Below the pieces are notes generated by a model, which searched no databases, was not told where the DNA came from, and saw nothing but the letters and a program-made list of their open reading frames with translations. This document shows positions 33,401 to 40,557 of a stretch of 64,000 nt of DNA, piece by piece. Numbering within the stretch: the first letter of the stretch is position 1; each line of letters begins with the position of its first letter. The DNA lies in IMG/VR virus record IMGVR_UViG_3300047369_000650, positions 32,001 through 96,000 of that record; one strand, 5' to 3'. The translations under genes were made by a program, and so were the position numbers. Source of the DNA: a virus.

Positions 33401-36400
33401 TGGTGCTAATAGTACAGCATCTGGATTTAGATCTGTAGCAATTGGTAGTGGAATAACAGTTAATGGTGTTAATTCTGTTGGTATTGGTTTATCATCAAGT
33501 ACTTCTGGAACAGTAAATGCCGCAAATACTCTTGCAATTATGGGCGGCAAAGTTGCTATAGGTCAAGCTTCTGCAGATCCAGCATATCAGGTTGATATAT
33601 ACGGTAATGTTCACGTTGGAGTATTTGGCGATTACTGGAGACACGGTAAGAGACTTAGTGATTATATTGAAGATGATGTTGTAACCGATACTTATGTTAA
33701 AAACATAGCAAATAGCGCATATGTTCAAGGAATTATAGATGTTCCTTATCTAAGAAGCACTATGACATCTCAGTTCTTCTTCTATAGTGATGCTATTTCA
33801 AATGATCTTTATACTACAACATCAGGTTCTGTTGGTATTGGTAGACAACCAACAAACTCAAGTAAGTATAAACTAGATGTTGATGGAAGTATTAATTATA
33901 CTGGTAAGCTATATCTCAATGGTGATTTACTTATCCCAAGTGAAGATTCTCTTGGTGATGTTTATATTGAACACCACGAAAATCAATACTTTATTGGTCC
34001 AGATAGTGCCGAAGAATATTTTGACTCAGCTTATGTTACAGCTCGTCAACAAATGTTCGGGTTTACTCAGGGACAGACATATACCACAGTAATTGATGAA
34101 GGTTATATCAATAGTAGATTAGATGATACACTATTTGTGGATTCAAATGAAGCACAAACTATGATCGACGCTTCAATACGTGATAAAGTTGCTTTCCAAT
34201 TCGATCCGGCTTTTGGAGATGTTGTTCTACTGGATGATCCACTTGGTAATGCTCCAAGAGTCGCGATAGGTGTTGCGGCTGAATTTGGAACAGCATTAAG
34301 AGTTAAGGGTCTCACTAAGATCGAGGGTGATTTAGACATTGAAGCTGGTGTTCTAAAATTCAATGGAGTAACATTCCAGCCTACTACAGTGTTTACTGAT
34401 GATATCAGTGGATATGTTTATTATAATGGTCCTAAGAATATAGGTATAGGAACAGTAGTACCAACAACAGAATTAGATGTTGCTGGAACAATTAATGCTG
34501 AAGCACTACAAGTAAATGGTGTTGATCTTGATGATATATATGACTCTGATTTTATTAGAGATAGACAAATATTAATTGATTCAGCATTAACTACAGCACT
34601 TATTGATTCCGATTATGTAAGAGCAAGAGCTGATTCAGATTATGTCCAATCTGCAATTACATCAGATTATATTAAATCGTATATAGATTCAGATTATATT
34701 AAATTTGTAGCTGATTCAGATTATATCCAATCTGCTGCCAATCAAGCTTGGATTAGAGCTAATGCAGATTCTGATTATGTTCTTTCAATAGCTGATTCAG
34801 ACTATATTAAGACTGCAGCTAATCAGACTTGGATTAGAACTAATGCAGATTCCGACTATATTAAGACTGCAGCTAATCAGACTTGGATTAGAACTAATGC
34901 GGATTCAGATTATATTCAATCTGCTGCAAATCAAGCTTGGATCAGAACTAACGCAGATTCAGCATATATTCTTTCAGCTGCAAATCCAGCTTATATACTT
35001 TCAATAGCGGATTCTGATTATGTAAAAACAGTTGTTGATTCAGCATATACACAAACTTTAACCGGTATCGGTATAAGAGATGTTGATTTTGGTATTAATA
35101 AAATCACATATAGAAATGCTTATACTGACATAGCATCTTTCCCTGCGGCAAATACTCATGGTGGTATGTTTGCATTAGAAAATGTAAATAAGAAACCATA
35201 TGTTTCCACTGGATCAGCTTGGAATCGCATTATCTTAAATGGTGATAGTGTAGAATTTTCTGATCTTATTGTAACAGGTGATCTTACTGTTCTCGGAACA
35301 CGAACAGTACTTAATACTCAAACTCTGGGTATTGACGATCCAATGATTCATCTTGGAAAAAATAATGAACTATCTGATGCCGTAGATATTGGTTTCATTG
35401 GGCATTATTCTCCAGATGGTGGTACTACAAAAGAACATACTGGTTTCTTTAGAGATGCAACAAATAGTGAATATTATATATTTAATGGATTAGATGATGC
35501 TGCTCTTGATGATAGTGATCCAACAGCTACTGTGGATAGAAGCGGCAGTGGATTTACTCTTGCTGCCTTAAATGTAGGATCTATAGCAGGTCAATATCTA
35601 GGATTTGATTCAGACTTTAGTGTTAAAACTACAACTGATCTTACCGAAGGATCTAATCTATATTATACAACTGCAAGAGCAAATACAGATTTTGATACTA
35701 GATTAGCAACTAAAACTACAACCGATCTAACAGAAGGCACAAACCTATATTATACAGATGATCGTGTAACTGCTCATGTTGATTCGGCATATGTACAACT
35801 TAGAAGCCCACAATTTGATTATCTAACAGTTATTGATTCGGCATATGTACAAGCTAGACAAGAGCCAGGTACTGACTCAGCGGCAGTAATTGCACTTATT
35901 AATGCTAATGCTACACTGGATTCTGCGGCTACAGTTTCTCTTATTGATTCGGCTTATGTTAATGCTAGAGTTTCTACAGTCGACAGTGCTCAAGTTCTTG
36001 CAATAGTTGATTCAGACTATATTTTAAGTATATCAGGATCTGGCGGAAGTGGATCAGGCGGAGTTACTGTTCTTAAGACATTTAACTATATTGCAACAGC
36101 CGGGCAAACAACTTTTGAGGATTCTGATCTTAATAGTGATATTTTAGAATACACAGTTGGTTCTCAGATTGTTACTGCAAACGGTATTACTCTTACAAGT
36201 GGTGCTGATTACACTGCAACTTCTGGTTCAAGTATAGTATTTGCGGCGGCTAGAGATAGTAATGATGAAATTTCTATTATCACAACAGTTAGTTCTGGAG
36301 ATGCCGGAGTTTCAGGATCTACTGCAACATCAGCATTTAATGTAACATCTGGATCTACTACTACATTTGATCAGACACTTCATAATAATAATTTTAAGTC

Positions 36401-36647
36401 TGTAGAATATGTAATTCATATGGATGATTCTGATAATAACCAATCTCAGATTAGCAAAGTATTACTTACATATAATAAATCAAACGTATTTACTACTGAA
36501 TACGGTCTTGTAAATTCTTATAGTAATGATAGTGATATGGGCGAAATTACTGCAGTAGCTACTGCTTCTATGATTCAACTTCAATTAACAAAATCGGCAG
36601 GTACAGGAACAGTTGCGGTAAAAACAACTAAAACAATAATCAGTTAA
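24459..36647 (+). CDS. Giant (4,062 aa) multidomain tail fibre/adhesin
   Basis: Uninterrupted ORF with AxIxx pentapeptide blocks, YadA-head-like repeats, VGIGT/VAIG connectors, DSDY helical repeats and TTDLTEGxNLYYT repeats. Confidence 0.8.
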   Translation: MSISDNQKLDFLWKKLGYGATKTDVNSVKTATNESIPSPLLLSGTGLWTDAYQIPTLIPSASSHIVEIYDDTGNGSTTVETVEDTTATPNRTWKTGLTNWIPPQFGSTYAIKVYIAPTGTADPQTSGTRIFAAGSGNNDEFFFDYQSGVLNFIGTNLPSGIDGNEIFIVGGRYIGKTGNRFTALYADSADIGHAFIDSADIDMADIITAYIDSADILHAIIDSADITLAKITNATIDSAYIKYADIDHTDIDSADITLADIITANITTANINYADIDSADIDLAKIITANIDSADIGHAYIDSAEIGVLNITGQINGPQDFIIDPAAVGDNTGRVIIKGDLQVDGTETIVNSTTVTINDKNIVLADSAQDSSQADGAGITVFAANAKITYEAAQDRWVFNKDIDAPAIYADSGIITYLTSTYGTIQYLTSDSATIGNITSTNIDTVNLDADSGTVTNLYSSTGVIVNLTSSNGVITVLASNYADIDSADIDQARILKATIDSAGIEYADVDSADIDVLRVKELTVDRLYAGYADIDSADIDVLRSLQISVDSAGIKYADIDSADIELAKIVGLNADSANITNLTAFDADVTDLFANQGVITTLISHFADIDSAEIEIAKITGLTADSAHVTGNLTVGGDLTVAGNATIRSDVGGNIYLGDSNEDNIVFSGDINSHLIPNTTETFNLGSLDKRWRDLYLSGQSIYLGGLILKESDGKFVIYDSAGNLTDILAKDITAQTLNISDSAFIQRFSADSAVIQYLKVGQSLTVTGDGLQSNQITTDRLNAGFADIDSAEIDVLRTGNLTISGDGITTPYISADSADIGVLRIDSGNFEHVIIDSADINGAYIDSATIRNLYISGSLSGVGLSGFIPTAVGVMDANGSLTSDSGLTYNVDTNDLTVQNNVIAKDVKITSLYPGYILTSGANDSVGFTEGLKYGNHTSDIISNDGFATSFQKLYDSGYYRFNIDDNTGKLINTGDVQLGRFTDAEFGTYYAPSSWTLPTNISAPRDFYGLEIFTDSAKLVSTAHTNIFKSSLNKDGIGADSNIIEVLSREDSTLFEVRKDGSINFTGDIYKNGDVFTGGGIFIKDEPSGDAAYNVDPSNVTDTVALALKLTDGVTPYAYGRVAIGTDTPKYKLDVVGDISVRGQIDSNVNWAVLKAGAIAPTFDEFVDESDGSRFSYITPIGATRGGYFRGGLNGDYHSNNIGLFSTAFGEATRAAGIASFAVGSLTEAGGNYSIALGKNARTNGANTGAILIGTDATVDSSTAAGSSNYSIGIGYDVTVFGTNALAIGAENSTNGNQSGTFGYNNNIGTSSSRTATAGSYAIGTGNTVEAAGSYTIGSNNTLKGNPSFAFGGANVVEGANAFSIGIQNSVYGPSGIAIGTDIRIDSSASNAIGINLNASNSMNVADPRILSIQNGNVIIGDSAQKFSNDDGNLYVKGDIILAGEVLQEGAPGVFQSTTPFVDGGTEVTYQVLDPEGVPKPLGINKEPSFSLDVAAQDGFAVSGITDGAFTIADSALIDSAPFVGGADQNFLVYLPALEAFRVGKFTDYEEQLANDKIGLGSIALGKDNSVSGLYSTALGNNNTIPRGGDASLTSTKGSYITFLGNNNIFDSEAIGSNNYVLGEDNIIKGTTTDTVLIGRNITATDLTRQIIMKTANAGDSALDNTKVAIGKDSATYALDVRGTIRVDSGATMYFGSKTIQDYLGFGVPQPVGAGFGSGTAIANGIDSIQFDHTIDAINNVARVKVPYDHQLYIDPTMAPDLTKAIQLDNILLTELTTKSGNDLDTIFYFADPIDSFQFALRRDSHEGPPVISTGTIDSNISIVDGFDFGDSGDLIIVPYTAPRIISPDLNVAGNLVVGGDGTNLRVDSNGVSFNNDLAFTSKKGGTSFRFDSAGITVGGSFALGGNSVTIGGLSFDSHVIRPGNLLTNFIDTDYVQERLSVDANWVVKSDALVYNPSGIKKIILGGLGVGDLTSTQLLEHSFATDVRGNGKAPLVFKETTGKAIDDALGQSPINIINSAGVARAWPNADYLSNIIDPTYINSRVVIDGNTIANFIDDTYVKSIVDSAYILSAANDSSEWQRTSDTLFFGTYPNVQNVKVGIGTDNPQTKFHVTGVGRFDSGLTVTGGPVNISGTQITVDSDYFYQITPSILTDNIVTINNGTLLTFLNNDTDSQFVTYTMGGEDERFIDVYRTDSLGATQAVSPLDYEIIGSSFIINRSAVDSADSDLNLNFRTLPSNIVFSGADLNGDTLNINTTYSSGVLLDSQQNPKAGYGGTFTAVNSGQVSFTDHSSLQLGDVFRVDDKSPKITTSLSLTGPTSLTGNLTVNNGYATTLDTLIANSITSSLTTFTGPVVVDSSTVSFTFDSNVTMYYGPGSLSFDSNIERIVDSNYIGNRLQGIWSFNNDAYGNQQIYYDDGGAVVIGEPEDMVAGDSDTKLFVKSGNVIFRHGDWDSANVAVTTPGVIPDFSTNTRYGDNAGARLMWIPQRGAFRVGAVDGVDVDWGDEEVGRASVGIGYNTRAADYSIALGYDIKAGNHILNKINSVSIGHTVNNQSDGAVAVGSNISHSQLYSGSVSIGEGIVNNNRADGTAIGKDISTNSGVSIGKTVSTVNSATSVSIGYNQRANTNSTSIGKSSGSNNSGVSIGSSATSNNSTSVGNNVSSSVGGTTIGVSSSTSNGGVAIGNNVSGGNRGKAIGASLSANQGATVIGTSSNADYSAISIGVSNDIRRGSVGIGSSNKATHPYGGSTLIGKSNTATSNNVTIVGQNNSGGGFYGGQAIIGRDNTGNSSKGLIVGRSNTGHNANSATSNYTIFGWANVNNSPASNRSTTSGGPVRIFGNSNSTNAGSNIYGSSNTDNKQVTIYGNNNTGSIGPSGTSYIYGTNNVITRNGMLFGANNTATDTGYAFGVGNTTANGGYSYGKGNTTTLGEGYAFGYNNTTDGTSGTDEPMAFGHNITASSGGLGFGENLTVSNGGLGFGANSTASGFRSVAIGSGITVNGVNSVGIGLSSSTSGTVNAANTLAIMGGKVAIGQASADPAYQVDIYGNVHVGVFGDYWRHGKRLSDYIEDDVVTDTYVKNIANSAYVQGIIDVPYLRSTMTSQFFFYSDAISNDLYTTTSGSVGIGRQPTNSSKYKLDVDGSINYTGKLYLNGDLLIPSEDSLGDVYIEHHENQYFIGPDSAEEYFDSAYVTARQQMFGFTQGQTYTTVIDEGYINSRLDDTLFVDSNEAQTMIDASIRDKVAFQFDPAFGDVVLLDDPLGNAPRVAIGVAAEFGTALRVKGLTKIEGDLDIEAGVLKFNGVTFQPTTVFTDDISGYVYYNGPKNIGIGTVVPTTELDVAGTINAEALQVNGVDLDDIYDSDFIRDRQILIDSALTTALIDSDYVRARADSDYVQSAITSDYIKSYIDSDYIKFVADSDYIQSAANQAWIRANADSDYVLSIADSDYIKTAANQTWIRTNADSDYIKTAANQTWIRTNADSDYIQSAANQAWIRTNADSAYILSAANPAYILSIADSDYVKTVVDSAYTQTLTGIGIRDVDFGINKITYRNAYTDIASFPAANTHGGMFALENVNKKPYVSTGSAWNRIILNGDSVEFSDLIVTGDLTVLGTRTVLNTQTLGIDDPMIHLGKNNELSDAVDIGFIGHYSPDGGTTKEHTGFFRDATNSEYYIFNGLDDAALDDSDPTATVDRSGSGFTLAALNVGSIAGQYLGFDSDFSVKTTTDLTEGSNLYYTTARANTDFDTRLATKTTTDLTEGTNLYYTDDRVTAHVDSAYVQLRSPQFDYLTVIDSAYVQARQEPGTDSAAVIALINANATLDSAATVSLIDSAYVNARVSTVDSAQVLAIVDSDYILSISGSGGSGSGGVTVLKTFNYIATAGQTTFEDSDLNSDILEYTVGSQIVTANGITLTSGADYTATSGSSIVFAAARDSNDEISIITTVSSGDAGVSGSTATSAFNVTSGSTTTFDQTLHNNNFKSVEYVIHMDDSDNNQSQISKVLLTYNKSNVFTTEYGLVNSYSNDSDMGEITAVATASMIQLQLTKSAGTGTVAVKTTKTIIS
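25005..27030 (+). repeat. Three blocks of in-frame A-x-I-x-x pentapeptide repeats (ADIDS consensus)
   Basis: For example ADIDM-ADIIT-AYIDS-ADILH-AIIDS-ADITL-AKITN-ATIDS. Blocks at about 25005-25385, 25900-26340 and 26690-27030. Confidence 0.85.
28068..28660 (+). repeat. YadA-head-like about 14-aa repeats, block 1
   Basis: STAFG/SFAVG/SIALG/AILIG/SIGIG/ALAIG/SYAIG periodicity. Confidence 0.7.
31995..33545 (+). repeat. YadA-head-like repeats, block 2 (about 500 aa)
   Basis: SVGIG/SIALG/SVSIG/AVAVG/GTAIG... and GYAFG/GLGFG periodicity. Confidence 0.7.
34575..35050 (+). repeat. 9/18-aa DSDY repeat array containing a near-exact 54-nt tandem duplication
   Basis: 34800-34853 versus 34854-34907 differ at 2 of 54 nt; unit DYIKTAANQTWIRTNADS. 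Confidence 0.9.
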
Positions 36648-36666
36648 GCCACGGGGAAAGTGAACT

Positions 36667-39600
36667 ATGGCAATTAAAGACTTTAAGGTCAAAAACGGTA
36701 TTATTACTGGAGGCAGTATAATACCAGACTCAGATGAAGCATATGATCTGGGTTCTGCGACAAGAAAATGGAAAGACCTATATTTAAGTGGTAGTACACT
36801 TATATTAGGCAATATACGTCTAAAAGATAGTGGTGGAATACCAAGCTTTGAAGCTGCTGGCGGCGGAAAGGTAAAGATAGACCTTTCAGCTATGACTACA
36901 GCCGACTTAGCCGAACATAATACAGCTAAATATTTCACAGAAACCAGATCAAGATCAGCTTTTAGTACACATAGTGGTTCTTCACATTATGATTCTGGAA
37001 CTGGTATTTTTACCCTACCGTCCACAACAGATCATGTAACTGAGGGAAGTAATTTATTCTATACTCAAGGCAGATTTGACACAGCATTTACTGCTAAATC
37101 GACTACTGATCTAAGTGAAGGCACAAATCTTTATTATACAACTACTCGTCATAATACTGATTTTGATACAAGACTTGGTACTAAATCAACTGATAATCTA
37201 TCCGAAGGTTCTAATCTTTATTATACAACCGCTCGTCAAAATACTGATTTTGACACAAGACTTGGTACTAAATCAACTACTAATTTAAGTGAGGGAACAA
37301 ATCTTTATTATACAGATGCTAGAGCAGATGCTAGAGCACAATTAAAAATAGATGATCTTGTGGATGCAGCCCCAGGAACTCTCGACACTTTAAATGAGTT
37401 AGCTGCTGCACTTGGGGATGATGCTAACTTTAGTACAACAGTAACTAACAGTATAGCAACAAAACTTCCGACTATTACTGTAGTAACTGTTACTGTTGCA
37501 AGTGCAACTAATCAATACGGGTCTGGTAATAAATATCATTTTAACGGTGCTGTTAGTCCAGTTCTCCATCTACAACCTGGTAGAACATATAGATTTGATC
37601 AGTCTGACTCAAGTAACTCAAGTCATCCATTAAGGTTTTCTACTAATGCTAATAATAGCCCTTCGGCAACTTATAGTACAGGTGTAACTGTAAGTGGTAC
37701 TCCGGGAAGTGCTGGGGCTTATACAGAAATTGCTGTTAATTTTGCAACACCAAGATTACATTATTATTGCACTAACCACTCTGGTATGGGCGGATCTGGA
37801 CCTGATTATTCTGTGAATTTTAATGGAGCATTCAGTTCATTAACAGGTACTCCTACAACCATTGCTGGTTATGGTATCACAGATGCTTTTGATGGAGCTT
37901 TTAGTTCATTAACAGGTACTCCTACAACCATTGCTGGTTATGGTATCACAGATGCTTTTGATGGTGCATATGGCTCGCTAACTGGCACACCATCAACATT
38001 TACTCCATCTGCTCATAACCAAGCTTGGACAACAATTACTAGCACACCTACTACAATTAGTGGTTATGGTATTACAGATGCTCAGGCTACACTTGTGTCT
38101 GGGACTAATATAAAAACAGTAAATGGTACTTCATTACTCGGTTCTGGTAACATTACAATATCAGGCGGCGGAGGTAGTAGTGGTACCGATTCTGCTACAG
38201 TTTCATCAATTATCTTGTCTGATGTTGATTCAGCTTATGTTCAAGCTAGACAATCTGGTGGTGGTTCTGGAATAAGCTTATCAGAAGCAAGGGCAGGTAT
38301 ATCAGTCACCACGGCTTCTGCATCAGGTGGAGGTTCTTTAAGCTATAATAGTTCAACAGGTGTTCTTACCTTTGCACCATCTACTAACTCAGGTGGAGGT
38401 GGAGGCTCTGGAACCGTAGACTCTGCTCAAACTATTTCTCTTATACAGTCTACTATTGATTCGGCTTATATTCAAGCAAGAGAAATTAATAATATTTCTA
38501 TAGGTAAAGCAAGTCTTGTAGATTTTAAATTTATTGCAGATAGTGCACAAACAGCATTTTCTGGAAATGATGCTGACGGGAAATCTTTAGTATTTGAAGA
38601 TAGTAATTATGAAGTATTTGTAAACGGTATTAGACTTTTAAAATCTGATTACTCAGTTAATTCAGCCACAAACGTTGTAACTCTAGGCACGCCAGCTATA
38701 GATGAAGACGAAGTTGTTATTAAAACTATTGTTGGAGTTGACACTCTGAGTCTTATAGATTCGGCTTATGTAAATGCAAGAGTAAGATCAAGTAAGGCTC
38801 TTGATGGATTAACAACTTATAAATTTTCTGTTGATAGTGGCCAAACAACATTTACGGGAAATGATGAAAATGGATCATTACTTTCTTATTCTGCAGGTGA
38901 TGTACAAGTATTTTTAAATGGCATATTATTACTTGAAACAGATGATTATACCGCAACAAACGGGACAAGTGTTGTTCTTAGTGCGGCAGCTCCAGCAACA
39001 TCAGAATTAGTTGTTCAAGCTTATAATATATCAGAAGTTTCGACATATAGAAGCTTACCTGGATTAGATGTTTATAATTATACAGCAACTTTAAATCAAA
39101 CAAACTTTAGTGGTGCAGATGTTGATGGTAATTCTCTTATATATCATCCAGGTGCTATATTAGTTTCTCTTAATGGTATTATATTAAGTTCAGTAGATTA
39201 CACTGCAACAGATGGGTTTTCTATTGTATTGACAGATGCCGCTGAATCGGCTTCTGAACTTACAATAACTTCTTTTGCTGGTAGTGCAGCAATAGACTCT
39301 GCATATATTAATTCAAGACAGACTTTATATGCAAATGAAGATGTATTATCTTTTGTAGATTCTGCTTATGTACAAGCTAGACAAGCTCCCGGTACTGATT
39401 CAGCTGCAGTTCTTGGTATTGTAAATCAAGCATATATTAGATCAAATGTAGATCAAGCATATATTAGATCACAGCAAATTACAGGTCTTGATTCAGCTTT
39501 AGCTGATGGCTTCTTAATGACATCAGCAGAAACTACAGCTCTTGTAGATTCATCATATGTACAAGCTAGACAAGCTCCCGGTACTGATTCAGCTGCAGTT

Positions 39601-40521
39601 CTTGGTATTGTAGATTCTTCTTATATTCAATCTGTGTTTAGTTCAAGTACTGGTAGTGCAATATCAACATTTAGATATACTTCGGATTCTAATCAATCTG
39701 TATTTACTGGCGCAGACGATGCAGGAAATACTTTATCATATAACTCTGGTCAAATTCAAGCATTTTTAAATGGTATCGTAATTGTAGATGGTGTTGATTA
39801 TACTGCAACAAATGGAAATTCTTTTACTCTTACAGATCCAGTTGTAAATGGAACCGAATTACTTATTACATCTCATACTAATTCATATATTAAAGAATTT
39901 ACTAATAATAATTACTTTCATAATCAATCTTATTTTAAGAATTATGTTTATTCATCAGATTCTGGACAATTAACATTTAGTGGCGCAGATAGTAATGGAG
40001 AAACTTTATCCATTGACACAAATAATCATCAGGTATTCGTTAATGGTATTAGAATATTATCAGATGACTTTACTGCTAATACTTCAACAAATACTATTAC
40101 TCTTAACGATGCAACAGAAGCTGGAGATGAAGTTGTAATTAATACACTTCAAACAGATACTTCATCTGTATTACAAATTACTGGAGCCGATTCAGATTAT
40201 GTAACAGGTATTGTGAATAGTGTTTTAAGTAATGATTATATAGAAGTAAATGCTACACCTCACGCTGCCCAGTTTAATAAAAAATTAATTGTAGATACTT
40301 CCTCATCTTCTATAACAATAAATATGCCAAGTTCTCCTACACTAGGTAATGAAGTTAAAATTATAGATGGTGCTGGAAATGCAGAAACAAATAATATCAT
40401 AGTAAGTTCTTCGGATAAAATATTGGGTTCAGATTCTAATTTGATTATTGATGTAAATGAGGCAGCATTTGGTTTAGTATATTATAATGCAACTCGTGGT
40501 TGGATATTGACCGAAAAATAA
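36667..40521 (+). CDS. Tail fibre (1,284 aa) with repeats, a cupredoxin-like domain, five about 70-aa beta domains and a gp34-repeat-like C-terminus
   Basis: TDLSEGTNLYYT repeats, PTTIAGYGITDA repeats, VFxNGI..DYTAT repeats, and the terminal VDTSSSSITINMPSSP...IIDGAGNAETNNI...LVYYNATRGW domain. Confidence 0.8.
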   Translation: MAIKDFKVKNGIITGGSIIPDSDEAYDLGSATRKWKDLYLSGSTLILGNIRLKDSGGIPSFEAAGGGKVKIDLSAMTTADLAEHNTAKYFTETRSRSAFSTHSGSSHYDSGTGIFTLPSTTDHVTEGSNLFYTQGRFDTAFTAKSTTDLSEGTNLYYTTTRHNTDFDTRLGTKSTDNLSEGSNLYYTTARQNTDFDTRLGTKSTTNLSEGTNLYYTDARADARAQLKIDDLVDAAPGTLDTLNELAAALGDDANFSTTVTNSIATKLPTITVVTVTVASATNQYGSGNKYHFNGAVSPVLHLQPGRTYRFDQSDSSNSSHPLRFSTNANNSPSATYSTGVTVSGTPGSAGAYTEIAVNFATPRLHYYCTNHSGMGGSGPDYSVNFNGAFSSLTGTPTTIAGYGITDAFDGAFSSLTGTPTTIAGYGITDAFDGAYGSLTGTPSTFTPSAHNQAWTTITSTPTTISGYGITDAQATLVSGTNIKTVNGTSLLGSGNITISGGGGSSGTDSATVSSIILSDVDSAYVQARQSGGGSGISLSEARAGISVTTASASGGGSLSYNSSTGVLTFAPSTNSGGGGGSGTVDSAQTISLIQSTIDSAYIQAREINNISIGKASLVDFKFIADSAQTAFSGNDADGKSLVFEDSNYEVFVNGIRLLKSDYSVNSATNVVTLGTPAIDEDEVVIKTIVGVDTLSLIDSAYVNARVRSSKALDGLTTYKFSVDSGQTTFTGNDENGSLLSYSAGDVQVFLNGILLLETDDYTATNGTSVVLSAAAPATSELVVQAYNISEVSTYRSLPGLDVYNYTATLNQTNFSGADVDGNSLIYHPGAILVSLNGIILSSVDYTATDGFSIVLTDAAESASELTITSFAGSAAIDSAYINSRQTLYANEDVLSFVDSAYVQARQAPGTDSAAVLGIVNQAYIRSNVDQAYIRSQQITGLDSALADGFLMTSAETTALVDSSYVQARQAPGTDSAAVLGIVDSSYIQSVFSSSTGSAISTFRYTSDSNQSVFTGADDAGNTLSYNSGQIQAFLNGIVIVDGVDYTATNGNSFTLTDPVVNGTELLITSHTNSYIKEFTNNNYFHNQSYFKNYVYSSDSGQLTFSGADSNGETLSIDTNNHQVFVNGIRILSDDFTANTSTNTITLNDATEAGDEVVINTLQTDTSSVLQITGADSDYVTGIVNSVLSNDYIEVNATPHAAQFNKKLIVDTSSSSITINMPSSPTLGNEVKIIDGAGNAETNNIIVSSSDKILGSDSNLIIDVNEAAFGLVYYNATRGWILTEK
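36895..37330 (+). repeat. About 29-aa TTDLSEGxNLYYTxxRxxTDFDTRLxTK repeats (also at 35625-35765 and about 17575-17635)
   Basis: In-frame about 87-nt repeats visible in both DNA and protein. Confidence 0.85.
37823..37960 (+). repeat. 69-nt tandem repeat x2, plus a degenerate third copy (GAFSSLTGTPTTIAGYGITDAFD; phage fibre repeat)
   Basis: 37823-37891 versus 37892-37960 differ at 2 nt. Confidence 0.9.
39367..39612 (+). repeat. 57-nt exact direct repeat (YVQARQAPGTDSAAVLGIV)
   Basis: 39367-39423 is identical to 39556-39612; a related copy lies at about 35835-35890 in the neighbouring gene. Confidence 0.9.
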
Positions 40522-40522
40522 T

Positions 40523-40530
40523 AATAAATA
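40523..40530 (+). promoter_or_regulatory. Late-promoter-like AATAAATA
   Basis: One mismatch to TATAAATA, in an intergenic gap. Confidence 0.55.
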
Positions 40531-40557
40531 CTATAGACTAATTTAAGGTTATAAAAG

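Noticed and set aside
34575-39612. CRISPR-like array from the 54-, 69-, 87- and 57-nt repeats
   Set aside because: The repeats are in-frame multiples of 3, tandem or irregularly spaced within ORFs, with no unique spacers and no cas genes.
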